This document shows positions 28,959-38,509 of a stretch of 64,000 nt of DNA, in pieces. The stretch comes from Planctomycetota bacterium (GTDB lineage Bacteria > Planctomycetota > UBA1135 > UBA2386). Position 1 is the first letter of the stretch. Every line of letters starts with the position of its first letter. The stretch lies in the NCBI GenBank assembly GCA_947501605.1, contig CANMWZ010000008.1, forward strand, positions 61,255 through 125,254, in the 5' to 3' direction. The position numbers and the translations under genes are program-made. The notes below the pieces were generated by a model, which saw only the letters and a list, made by a program, of their open reading frames with translations, was not told where the DNA came from and searched no databases.

Positions 28959-31019
28959 ATGCTCCCATCCCACCTAGCAGCAGTCCGGCTCCGGTTCTGG
29001 TTCGTTGCCCTGATCATGCTGGCCGCCCACGCGGTCGCTCAGAGCCCGGCGCAGGAGTCGCCCAAGACTCTGGCGCTGCTCGTCGGCGTCGATCGCTACG
29101 CCCAGCCGACCGAAGGCGAGTGGAAAACCCTGCGCGGCTGTGAAAACGACATCCAGCTGGTCGCCGAGGTGCTCGTCGAACGCTTCGGGTTTCGCCCCGA
29201 AGACATCGTCACACTCAAGTCCGAACAGGCCACGCACGAGGCGATCGTGCGCGCCTTCTACACACACCTCATCGAAAGGGCCGGCAAGGACACCAAGGTC
29301 GTCTTCTGGTTCAGCGGTCATGGTTCCCAAGTTCCCGACCCGTCGCAGAAGGACCGCGCTGCAGCCGGTGACTACGAGCCGAACAAGGACCAGACCATGC
29401 TGGCCCATGACAGTCGCAAGGGCGCCTGGAACGGCAGCTACGACCTCGCCGACGACGAACTTCATTCGCTGCTTGCAGCATTGAAGTCTCGCGACGTCGT
29501 GCTCGTAACCGACTGCTGCCACTCCGGTGGACTGTCGCGTGGCGGCGAGCAGCTCGGAGTTCGCGGCGAAGCCGATGGCGACCAGCCGCACGATCTCTTG
29601 GCTCGCAAACAGTTCTGGCCGGAGACCGTCGCGCTCCTCGAGGATGATGACCTGGGGTCGGAGCTTCTCCACGTGGTCCAGATCGCCGCCTGCGCGGCGC
29701 ATGAAGAAGCCGGCGAAATCGAAGCCGGGGGTCGAGTGCACGGGACCCTCACTTGGTTCCTGTGCCAAGCCATGCGAGAACTGCCAGCAACCGCATCGTG
29801 GCGCGAGGTCGTCGAGACGGTCCGCGCGCGGATCGCCGGTCGCATGGGCTCGCGGCCAGCACAATACGTGGACGCCATCGGCAAGGTCTCGCGAGCGATG
29901 TTGAGTGGCACGGCGAGGCCGGTACCGCTGGGTTACGTCGTCGAGTTCTCACCTGCCGGTGACTTGCAGATCGGCGCCGGTCGCATCCACGGCATCGGCA
30001 AGGAGACGACCTTTGACCTCCGCGACATCGACGGCAAGCGCGTAGCCGGCGCATCCGTGATCGACGTCCGAGGAGCAACTACGACCGTTAAGCTGAACGG
30101 TCCAGCGAAGTACGGGAAGGCACTTTGGGCGGTCCCGACCGGCAAGCTCGATGGTCGGTCCCCACTGTCCGTTTGCTTACCCGACGACAAGGCTCAGGAG
30201 CTCATCGCGCAGTGCGCCTACGGCATCGCCACTGACGCGGACCACGCTGACTACCAACTTGCGCGCGTCGCTGACGAAGTGGAGCTTCGCAAGCGAAACG
30301 GAGAGACGATTGCGCGAGCCAAGGACGAACCGACCGCCGTCCAGGCACTGTTGTTCCGCGAGACCAATTTCCGCTTCCTCTGGGACGCTGTCGCCGCTCG
30401 CGGAGTTCACCCAATCGAAGTCTGCGTCAGACCCGCATTACCGGAGCAGTGCGAGGTCACGGAGGACGGCCGGACACTGCGTGTGGCCGCCGCCACGATC
30501 GATGCCAGGGCGAAGGGATCGCACATCCGCGTCACTGCCCCTCTGCTCGACGACCGCAGAGACAGCGGGGCGATAGTCGTCCTCGAGATCGCCAACCGGA
30601 GCGACGAGGACCTGTTCGTCGCCGTGCTCTCGGTGCAAGAAGATCGTGCGATCACACTGGTGTTGGGAAACGACCGCAACAGCAACCTGATCCACGCAGG
30701 GGAGGTGTTCCCAGTGCGGGTGCAGGTCGGACCGTCTGCGGCTTGGCTTCGCAACCGACCGATGGTCGATCGCTACCTGGTGTTCGCAACGCCCCGCTTT
30801 GCGGACTTCCGACCGTTCGCGCAAGCAGCGCCGACGACAGTGCGTGGCGGCGGCGAGGAGGAAGGGCTCTCCCTGCTGCAGACTCTGCAGTTCGGTGAAG
30901 TCACGCGCGGCAGTGACGCCCCCATGCCATGGGGCATCGCCTATGTCGATCTTGAGCTGCACGCACCGACGGCGAACAGCTCGTCACAGCCGACGAAGCC
31001 CGACAAAGCCCTGAAGTAA
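28959..31019 (+). CDS. Secreted caspase-family (C14, metacaspase-like) protease with C-terminal DUF4384-like domain
   Basis: Signal peptide; ALLVGVDRY, LRGCEND, FWFSGHGSQ (His), TDCCHSG (Cys), GTLTWFL; C-terminal IANRSDEDLFVAVL...DRYLVFAT. Confidence 0.9.
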   Translation: MLPSHLAAVRLRFWFVALIMLAAHAVAQSPAQESPKTLALLVGVDRYAQPTEGEWKTLRGCENDIQLVAEVLVERFGFRPEDIVTLKSEQATHEAIVRAFYTHLIERAGKDTKVVFWFSGHGSQVPDPSQKDRAAAGDYEPNKDQTMLAHDSRKGAWNGSYDLADDELHSLLAALKSRDVVLVTDCCHSGGLSRGGEQLGVRGEADGDQPHDLLARKQFWPETVALLEDDDLGSELLHVVQIAACAAHEEAGEIEAGGRVHGTLTWFLCQAMRELPATASWREVVETVRARIAGRMGSRPAQYVDAIGKVSRAMLSGTARPVPLGYVVEFSPAGDLQIGAGRIHGIGKETTFDLRDIDGKRVAGASVIDVRGATTTVKLNGPAKYGKALWAVPTGKLDGRSPLSVCLPDDKAQELIAQCAYGIATDADHADYQLARVADEVELRKRNGETIARAKDEPTAVQALLFRETNFRFLWDAVAARGVHPIEVCVRPALPEQCEVTEDGRTLRVAAATIDARAKGSHIRVTAPLLDDRRDSGAIVVLEIANRSDEDLFVAVLSVQEDRAITLVLGNDRNSNLIHAGEVFPVRVQVGPSAAWLRNRPMVDRYLVFATPRFADFRPFAQAAPTTVRGGGEEEGLSLLQTLQFGEVTRGSDAPMPWGIAYVDLELHAPTANSSSQPTKPDKALK

Positions 31020-31026
31020 CCGCGCG

Positions 31027-32172
31027 CTACAGATTGCCTAGCCGGATCGCGCCGGTTGGGCAGTTGCGTTCGCAGGCACCATCGCGAGTACACTCGTAGT
31101 TGTGCAACTTGCGCACGACGTCTCCGATCGGAACGGCGGCAAAGCCGCTGGTCACGCACGTGGCAGCACAGATCCCGCAGTGGATGCAGGCGTTCATGTC
31201 GACGTGAAGACGCACATGATCGCGCGGTGACGAAGCGATGCGATCCTCTTCGGCCACGACCACCGGATCACAGTGGTAGCGAGTCAAGGGGTGCGTGGTC
31301 AGCACCTCGAGGGCCTCGCGTTCGCCGAGACGCACGATCTCGGTCACATCCGGCATGTCCAACAGACCTATGTGCGAGACCTTGGGCTTGATCAGGACAG
31401 TGCGATCGTCGACGTAGCGATGCAGGTTCTGCTCGTTGAGAGCCATGCCCATGATCTCGTACGTCTGCGAGAGGATGTGTGGCAGGCTCGCGCGGTAGTC
31501 GGTCTCCGCGTGCAGGTCACGATGCGACAGATCCACTGCGATCACCAGATCCGGCTTGCGCGCCTTCGCCAGCCTCAAGCCGAGTGTCTCGGTCATGCCA
31601 CCGTCGATGTAATGATCGCCCAGCAGTTCCATCGGTTCGAACACCGCCGGCAAGCAGGCGCTGGCATAGACCGCATCGCCGACCGGGACCTCGTCGGCGC
31701 CCGGTAGCCCGAAGAACTGGGAACGTCCGGTCTTCAAGGACAAGGCGTTGCAGAAGAACGGTCGCGGCAGCTCGGCAAAGTGCTGCTGCGGCAGCCATCG
31801 CCGCAGGAATTGGAGGAAGGTCTTGCCCTTGTAAACCGAAGCGTGGCGGTAGCCCTTCACCAGGAACTTCAACAAGTTCAGCTTGAAGTAGTCCTTGAAC
31901 GTGATCTGTGACGCAACTTCCTCGATGCGACGACTATCCATTCCAGTCGCGTACAACCCGCCCATCACCGCACCCATGCTCGTGCCGACGACTTCGTCGA
32001 TGCGGATACCCAACCGTTCGATGGCACGGATGACACCGATATGGCAGTAGCCGCGCATGCCGCCGCCGCCGAGGACCAGTACGGTGCGGCGCGACGGCTC
32101 CGCCCGCTGTACGGAGAGGCCCGATTCTCGGCTCGAGCGAACCCGGTCGTTGCTGTCGTTGGGGTGGGACAC
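31027..32172 (-). CDS. Patatin-like phospholipase fused to a C-terminal 4Fe-4S dicluster (ferredoxin) domain
   Basis: GGGGMRG, GTSMG (Ser), DGG (Asp); C-terminal CIHCGICAATC and CTRDGACERNCP in the same frame. Confidence 0.9.
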   Translation of the reverse strand: MSHPNDSNDRVRSSRESGLSVQRAEPSRRTVLVLGGGGMRGYCHIGVIRAIERLGIRIDEVVGTSMGAVMGGLYATGMDSRRIEEVASQITFKDYFKLNLLKFLVKGYRHASVYKGKTFLQFLRRWLPQQHFAELPRPFFCNALSLKTGRSQFFGLPGADEVPVGDAVYASACLPAVFEPMELLGDHYIDGGMTETLGLRLAKARKPDLVIAVDLSHRDLHAETDYRASLPHILSQTYEIMGMALNEQNLHRYVDDRTVLIKPKVSHIGLLDMPDVTEIVRLGEREALEVLTTHPLTRYHCDPVVVAEEDRIASSPRDHVRLHVDMNACIHCGICAATCVTSGFAAVPIGDVVRKLHNYECTRDGACERNCPTGAIRLGNL

Positions 32173-32343
32173 GTTGCGGCAAGAGCTTCGTGCAACCGAA
32201 CCTGCGACGTCGTGCGCAAGTAATGGCGGCCGATCAACCGATAGATCGGAGCGAGTCCGCAGCAGTCTGAAGGAACGTCTTCGATAACTGCGACGGCCAG
32301 GGTTGATAGGAGAAGAAGGAACCGGTCTTGCGATCGGATTGAC

Positions 32344-33828
32344 ATGACCTCGTGGCGTGAACTACAGCGCATGCCGCGCACCGAACAGCGTCGCCTGCAG
32401 GACCGCCTGCTGCAGCGCTACGTGCGCGAGTACCTCTATCCGTTCAGCTCCTTCTACAAGGAGCAGTTCGATCGCGCCGGCGTCCGTCCGGAGCAAATTC
32501 GAACGATCGACGACTTGCGAAGATTGCCGTTGTCGGGCAAGCGCGATCTGCTGCCGACGGAGGCCGACCCGCAACGCTTCAAGCGGTTCATCCTGCAGCC
32601 AGATCCGCAGTCTCTCAAACAAGCCTGGCCCCTGTCGCGCAAGCTCCCGCTGCTGCTGCAGAAGTGGACCAAGGGTGTAGCCTCGGTGCGCGAGAAGCTC
32701 CGCAACGAGTTCTACCCCTGCTTCATGACGTTCACGACCGGTCGCTCGGCGGAACCGGTACCGTTCTTCTATTCACCGAAGGACATCCAGAACCTGCACA
32801 CAACCGGTGCCCGTCTGGTGGACGTGATGGGACTCCACTCGGAGTTGCGCATCGCCAATGTGTTCCCCTACGCGCCGCATCTTGCGTTCTGGCAAGTGTT
32901 CTTCGCCGGGCAAGCAACCGGGATGATGGCACTGTCAACCGGCGGCGGGAAGGTGATGGGCAGCACGGGCGACCTGCGTGCAATCGCGCGACTGCGGGCC
33001 GAAGCCCTGATCGGCGTTCCCGGTTACATCTACCACCTGCTGCGCAAAGCCGCCGCAGAGCACCTCGACCTGTCCTCGATTCAGTCCGTCGTGCTCGGTG
33101 CCGAGCGAGTTCCACCAGGCCTCAAGCAGAAGATCCGAGATCTCCTTGGCAGCATGGGCGCACGAGAGGTCCGCGTGTTCGGCACCTATGGGTTCACCGA
33201 AGCGCGGATGGCCTTCGCTGAGTGTCCCACCCAAGACAACAGTTACACGGGCTACCACCTCTATCCGGACATGGCGATCTTCGAAGTCGTAGATCCGAAG
33301 ACCGGTGAAGTTGTGCCCGAAGGGTGCGACGGCGAGTTGGTCTTCACCCCGCTACAGGCGCGAGCCAGCACGGTCTTCCGCTATCGCACCGGCGACCTGG
33401 TCCGCGGCGGTATCCAATACGATCCCTGCCCTCACTGCGGCCGTACCGTACCCAGGATCAGCAGCGATCTCACGCGTGAGTCGTCGCTCAAGGACCTCCA
33501 ACTTCTCAAGGTCAAGGGCACGCTTGTGAATCTCGAAGACTGCGCTGTGGTGCTCGGCGGTATCGCCGAAGTCGAAGAGTGGCAGATCGAACTGCGCAAG
33601 AAGGACGATGACCCTCTGGAGGTCGACGAGATGATTGTCCACCTCACGGTGCGCGACGAAGCGATGCGCGAAGTCATCGCCAAGCAGGTGCGTGAGCAGT
33701 TCAAGGGCCGACTGGAGATCGCGCCGAATCGAGTCGAGTTCCTCGGCCTCGACGCGATGCTCCGGAAGATCGGCATGGAGACCGAGATGAAGGAGAAGCG
33801 CTTCGTCGATGCGAGGCCGAAATCATGA
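32344..33828 (+). CDS. Phenylacetate-CoA ligase (PaaK)-family adenylate-forming enzyme
   Basis: FYKEQFDRAGV..I.TIDDLRRLP..K.DL, FTTGRS, YGFTE, GELVFT, RYRTGD, KVKG. Confidence 0.85.
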   Translation: MTSWRELQRMPRTEQRRLQDRLLQRYVREYLYPFSSFYKEQFDRAGVRPEQIRTIDDLRRLPLSGKRDLLPTEADPQRFKRFILQPDPQSLKQAWPLSRKLPLLLQKWTKGVASVREKLRNEFYPCFMTFTTGRSAEPVPFFYSPKDIQNLHTTGARLVDVMGLHSELRIANVFPYAPHLAFWQVFFAGQATGMMALSTGGGKVMGSTGDLRAIARLRAEALIGVPGYIYHLLRKAAAEHLDLSSIQSVVLGAERVPPGLKQKIRDLLGSMGAREVRVFGTYGFTEARMAFAECPTQDNSYTGYHLYPDMAIFEVVDPKTGEVVPEGCDGELVFTPLQARASTVFRYRTGDLVRGGIQYDPCPHCGRTVPRISSDLTRESSLKDLQLLKVKGTLVNLEDCAVVLGGIAEVEEWQIELRKKDDDPLEVDEMIVHLTVRDEAMREVIAKQVREQFKGRLEIAPNRVEFLGLDAMLRKIGMETEMKEKRFVDARPKS

Positions 33829-35123
33829 CCAATCACGATCTTGATCTGGCAATCGTCGCCGGCTGGCGTACGCCATTCTGCAAGGCTGGAGGTGCACTCG
33901 CAGGAGCCAGCGCCGCCGACCTCGCCACCCATGTTTTCCGCGAAGTGCTCGACCGCACCGGCATCGATCCGAAGGCAATCGATGAAGTGATCCTCGGCTG
34001 CGCGGGACCTGACGCCGCCGAAGCCAACGTCGCGCGCGTTGCAGCCCTGCGCTCGGGACTCCCCAAGGAGATCCCCGCCGTCACCGTGATGCGCAACTGT
34101 GCCTCCGGCATGGAAGCACTGCTGGCAGCCGAACAGCGCTTGCGGGCCGGCGACGGCGAGGTCTTTCTCGTCGGCGGGGCCGAGTCGATGAGCAACTTCC
34201 CGTTGCTCATGGGCAAGCGACTGGTCAAGTTCTTCACGGGTTTGCAGAAGGCGCGCAGCGTCACTCAGCGACTCATGGCGCTGTCCAAGTTCCGAGTGTC
34301 GTCGATGAAGCCCCGGGTCGCTGTGGTGGAAGGTCTGACTGACCCCATCACCGGATTGATGATGGGCAACACGGCCGAAAACGTCGCTCGACTGTTCGGC
34401 ATCGACCGCGCCGCAATGGATGCATTCTCATTGCAGAGCCACCAACGTGCGGAAGCTGCGATCGCGGCAAACCGATTCGCAGTCGAGATCGCACCATTCG
34501 CGAGCCAACCGCATTTTGCTGCGATGATCAGCAGCGACGATGGCGTGCGCCAAGGCCAGACGATGGAAGCGCTGGCCAAGCTGCGCCCCGTGTTCGACAA
34601 GAACGCTGGCGATGTCACGGTCGGAAACGCCTGTCAACTCACGGACGGAGCCGTGGGCATGCTGTGCATGTCGCTCGCACGAGCCAAAGCGCTCGGCCTG
34701 CAACCTCTGGCCGTCATTCGCGGCCACGCACGAGTGGGTCTGTCGCCAGAGTTCATGGGACTGGGCCCTGTCCACGCGACACCGCGTGCGTTGCAGCAAG
34801 CTGGCATCCAGTTCTCCGACCTCGATCTGGTGGAGATCAACGAAGCTTTTGCCGCGCAAGTGCTCGGTTGCCAGAAGGCCTTCGCGAGTGACGACTACTG
34901 CCACCGCGAACTCGGTTTGTCGGAAGCCATCGGCGAACTCGACAGCCGAAAACTCAACGTCAACGGTGGCGCCATCGCACTCGGCCACCCCATCGCCGCC
35001 TCTGGCGCTCGCTTGCCTCTAACCCTCGCACATGAGTTGCGTCGGCAGAAGAAGCGTTTCGGGCTCGCCTCACTGTGTATCGGTGGCGGCCAGGGCCAAG
35101 CATTGATCCTCGAAGCGGTCTGA
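33825..35123 (+). CDS. fadI: 3-ketoacyl-CoA thiolase (FadI-like)
   Basis: RTPF, NCASG (Cys), GGAESMS, INEAFAAQ, GGAIALGHP, LCIGGGQG; FadI-type insertion. Confidence 0.9.
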   Translation: MTNHDLDLAIVAGWRTPFCKAGGALAGASAADLATHVFREVLDRTGIDPKAIDEVILGCAGPDAAEANVARVAALRSGLPKEIPAVTVMRNCASGMEALLAAEQRLRAGDGEVFLVGGAESMSNFPLLMGKRLVKFFTGLQKARSVTQRLMALSKFRVSSMKPRVAVVEGLTDPITGLMMGNTAENVARLFGIDRAAMDAFSLQSHQRAEAAIAANRFAVEIAPFASQPHFAAMISSDDGVRQGQTMEALAKLRPVFDKNAGDVTVGNACQLTDGAVGMLCMSLARAKALGLQPLAVIRGHARVGLSPEFMGLGPVHATPRALQQAGIQFSDLDLVEINEAFAAQVLGCQKAFASDDYCHRELGLSEAIGELDSRKLNVNGGAIALGHPIAASGARLPLTLAHELRRQKKRFGLASLCIGGGQGQALILEAV

Positions 35124-35128
35124 CACTC

Positions 35129-37273
35129 ATGAACATCACCGAGACCCGTCCTGAAGCCGCCACGACCGGAATGCTGCACCTGCCGCTACAAGTGAACGCA
35201 CGCGGCTTCGCAGTTCTGCGCCTTGGTCGCCCCGAGGAGTCCGTCGTCACGTTCACGAAGGAACGACTTCTGGCTCTTGATCGCGCGCTACAGCAGCTCG
35301 CCTCCACGACTGGACTAAGGGGAGTCGTGATCACCGGCCCCGGCGCCGCGATGTTCTGCGCCGGGGCTGACATCGGTTTGATTCACTCCATCCAGACTGT
35401 CGCCGAGGGCCGTGACGCCGCCGTTCTCGGTCGCTCGATCTTCGAGCGTTGCCAGAAGCTCGCGGTCCCAGTTGCGGCGGCGATCGAAGGTCCATGCGTC
35501 GGCGGCGGCTGCGAACTCGCGCTGTTCTGCGATGTTCGCGTCGCCAGCGACCATCCGTCGACCCAGATCGGCCTGCCCGAGACCAAGCTCGGCATTGTCC
35601 CGGGCTTTGGCGGCACGCAGAACATGACGCGTCTCGTCGGCCTGCCGACGGCGCTCGATCTGATTCTGAACGGCAAGCTGCTGCGGCCGTATCCGGCGCG
35701 AAAGAAGGGACTCGTCGACCGCATCGCGCCCTCTTCGAAGTTGCTCGACATCGCATTCGAAGAACTGGAACGCCTTGTGGCGGCTGGCAAGAAGGCTCCG
35801 ACCCGCACGCTTCGTGGTCAAGCCTATTGGTTCAGCAAGACGCCGCTGCGCGCACTCGCCGTCAACGCCGCGCGCAAGGCACTGAACAAGGGACAGGCAC
35901 GTTTCTATCCGGCGCCTAAGCAGGCGCTCGAGCTCTGCATCAAGGCAATCACCGTGTCGCCAGAACAGGGCTTTGCCGCCGAAGCACAGGCGCTCGGCGA
36001 GATGATCGCGACGCCGGTCAGCAAAGCACTGACACAGCTGTTCTTCCTGACGGAGCGCAGCAAGCGACTCGGTAAGAGTGATGGTGCCAAGGACTGCAAG
36101 CGCGCACTGATCGTTGGTGGCGGTGTCATGGGCGCCGGCATCGCCGGCCAACTCGCGAACAAGGGCATCGCAACCCGTCTCTGCGATCTGTCCGGCGAGG
36201 CACTCGCCAAGGCCAAGGCACGGCTGCAGCAGGACCTTTCGCGGCGCGTGTCGCGCAAGCAACTGCAGAAGCACGAGGCCCAGGCCATCCAAGATCGCTT
36301 GGCGGTCGCCAGCGAATGGGGCGGCCTCGCCAACGTCGACCTGTGGCTCGAAGCCGTCGTGGAAGACCTGGGTGTGAAGCGCAAGTTGATGGCACAGGCT
36401 GTCGCAGCCGGGCTGCCGGCGAATGCGATCGTGGCTACCAACACGAGTTCCTTGCCGGTCGATGCCATGGCCGACGCCGTTCCGCACCCGGAACGAGTGG
36501 TCGGGATCCACTTCTTCAATCCACCCGAGAAGATGCCGCTCATCGAGGTGATCCGCGGCAAGCGGACGAGCGACGCCGCCGTCGCCACTGCCTGCCGACT
36601 CGCGACGCGCCTGGGCAAATTCCCGATCGTGGTCGGCGACTCTCCTGGCTTCCTGGTCAACCGCTGCCTCTCGCCGTACCTCAACGAGGCGGCGCGACTG
36701 CTGGTGGAAGGCAACGACCCCGAGTTCCTCGATCGTGTAATCCTCGACTTCGGAATGCCAATGGGGCCGTGTCGCTTGCTCGATGAAATCGGTTTCGACG
36801 TCGCCACCAAGGTGAGCGAAGTCATGCAGGGCGCGTTCGCCGAGCGCATGCAGCCGTGCGCCCTGTTCTCGGCGATGGTCGCAGCCAAAGCCCTTGGCAA
36901 GAAGACCGGCGGCGGCATCTACGGCAAGGATGGCAAGGGCGTGGGCCCGGGGCGAAAGGTCCTTGAGACCGTTCGCGAACAGCGTGGAGTACCAAAACGC
37001 GAAGCCTCGCGTAGCGAGGTGGTGCAGCGACTGGTCTATCCTCTGGTCGACGAGGCCTATCGCTGTCTCGACGATGGCGTCGTCGCAGCCGAACAGGACC
37101 TAGACCTCGGACTGGTAATGGGCATTGGCTTCCCGCCATTCCTTGGGGGCATCACCGGCTACGCAAAGTCCGAGGGCCTCAAGACGATTGTCGGCGCCCT
37201 CGACGAGCTTGCTCGCACCAGTGATCCGCGTTTCCGCCCCAGCGACGGGCTGCGCCGGCGCGCCGTCAACTGA
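35129..37273 (+). CDS. fadJ: Fatty acid oxidation multifunctional enzyme (enoyl-CoA hydratase / 3-hydroxyacyl-CoA dehydrogenase)
   Basis: FCAGAD, GGGCELAL, GLPETKLG, GGGVMGAGIA, EAVVE, TNTSSL, HFFNP, GFLVNR, GIGFPPF. Confidence 0.93.
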   Translation: MNITETRPEAATTGMLHLPLQVNARGFAVLRLGRPEESVVTFTKERLLALDRALQQLASTTGLRGVVITGPGAAMFCAGADIGLIHSIQTVAEGRDAAVLGRSIFERCQKLAVPVAAAIEGPCVGGGCELALFCDVRVASDHPSTQIGLPETKLGIVPGFGGTQNMTRLVGLPTALDLILNGKLLRPYPARKKGLVDRIAPSSKLLDIAFEELERLVAAGKKAPTRTLRGQAYWFSKTPLRALAVNAARKALNKGQARFYPAPKQALELCIKAITVSPEQGFAAEAQALGEMIATPVSKALTQLFFLTERSKRLGKSDGAKDCKRALIVGGGVMGAGIAGQLANKGIATRLCDLSGEALAKAKARLQQDLSRRVSRKQLQKHEAQAIQDRLAVASEWGGLANVDLWLEAVVEDLGVKRKLMAQAVAAGLPANAIVATNTSSLPVDAMADAVPHPERVVGIHFFNPPEKMPLIEVIRGKRTSDAAVATACRLATRLGKFPIVVGDSPGFLVNRCLSPYLNEAARLLVEGNDPEFLDRVILDFGMPMGPCRLLDEIGFDVATKVSEVMQGAFAERMQPCALFSAMVAAKALGKKTGGGIYGKDGKGVGPGRKVLETVREQRGVPKREASRSEVVQRLVYPLVDEAYRCLDDGVVAAEQDLDLGLVMGIGFPPFLGGITGYAKSEGLKTIVGALDELARTSDPRFRPSDGLRRRAVN

Positions 37274-37479
37274 CCGCCAGCCAATCCCCAACCCTTGGCG
37301 GAAAAAAATCTCGGGGCGTATTCGCCGTTGTCATCGGTGCGTTCGCACAGCCGCGGAAACCACGGGTCGCAAGACGTGTAGACTGTCGCGTGCGCGCGCA
37401 GGATTCGGTGACCCCACCGCCTGGGCGAGCAACGGGCTAACCAAACGGCGCCAGCACACGCGGCGCGATTCTGGGCTCC

Positions 37480-38496
37480 ATGAAGATCAGGCTTGGCATC
37501 GCCACGTGCCTGCTGGCCGGCTGCGCAACGCAGCCGCCGCGATGCGATGCCATGCCAACACCGGACCTTGCACGCGCCATTCCGGGCCTGCAGCGGCTCG
37601 CTCACGGCAACCCGATCTGCCTCGGCGTCGAGTTTCTGCCGCCGATGGCCGAAGACGCTGCGATCGCAGTCCGCGCCCCGCAAGTTGCCATCGAGCGGGC
37701 CGAGGAGCAGCGGGGCACGCTCCCTGGAGTGCGCAGTTATCAGCCCATGTTGGTCCGTGAACGCACAAACCGCCACGCCTGGGCGGAAACCAGAGAGGAT
37801 CCAGTTGCCAACGAGGATCCGGCTGCCAACGTCGCGCTGCGCTTCCTCGACGACCTCATGGGCGAAGACCGCCGCCGCCTTCGCCGCGAGATCGGCACGC
37901 CCGCACTGGCGATGCAGGGCTTGGACATGCAAAGCCCAGGCATTGACCTCCGCGCCGACGAGCTGCGAGCTGACGACGAAGCGCTGTGGTTTGCCGAGAA
38001 TGGCCCGCGACTGCTGCGACGTCCGCTCCAGCAGATGCTGCGACGAACGGCGTGGATCTCGACCTTCGAAGTCCAGCTCGACGAATTGCGCCAAGCAAAC
38101 GCTTCCTTGCTCGACGATACCGCCAACGCGGATGACGACACCGATCTCGGCCGCATGTCGATGCGGGTGCGGGTCAATCGACCATCCGATCCGCTCGAGG
38201 TTGCCTACCTGCGAGCCGGCTTGCGCGTGGGCACAACGCAAGAGCAGTTGAAGCTCGGCTACTCGCTACCGGTTGCGGATGACGTGTTCCTCGATCTGCG
38301 CGCACGGCAACGCTACGACGACGCCGCGTGGCGCCTTCGAGCCGACCTCCGCTGGGAAGTCTCGGCGAAAACCAGTGTCCACCTCGTCGCCGGCGACGAT
38401 CTCGACTTCCTGACGACATCGTCGGTCTACTCGCTGTTTGAGTCGCCCATGGACGGTTCCGCCGGCATTCTGCTCTACGCCGTCCATCTCTTCTGA
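37480..38496 (+). CDS. Hypothetical lipoprotein with beta-strand-rich C-terminus (possible outer-membrane barrel)
   Basis: LLAGC lipobox; alternating strands (LKLGYSL, FLDLRARQRY, WRLRADLRWEV, SVHLVAG); ends LLYAVHLF. Confidence 0.6.
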   Translation: MKIRLGIATCLLAGCATQPPRCDAMPTPDLARAIPGLQRLAHGNPICLGVEFLPPMAEDAAIAVRAPQVAIERAEEQRGTLPGVRSYQPMLVRERTNRHAWAETREDPVANEDPAANVALRFLDDLMGEDRRRLRREIGTPALAMQGLDMQSPGIDLRADELRADDEALWFAENGPRLLRRPLQQMLRRTAWISTFEVQLDELRQANASLLDDTANADDDTDLGRMSMRVRVNRPSDPLEVAYLRAGLRVGTTQEQLKLGYSLPVADDVFLDLRARQRYDDAAWRLRADLRWEVSAKTSVHLVAGDDLDFLTTSSVYSLFESPMDGSAGILLYAVHLF

Positions 38497-38509
38497 TCCG
38501 AACTGCCGC

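Noticed and set aside
28959..32172. CBASS/Avs-type anti-phage system (caspase and patatin effectors side by side)
   Set aside because: The genes are convergent, the caspase has a signal peptide, no CD-NTase, STAND or other sensor is present, and each gene fits better with its divergent neighbours
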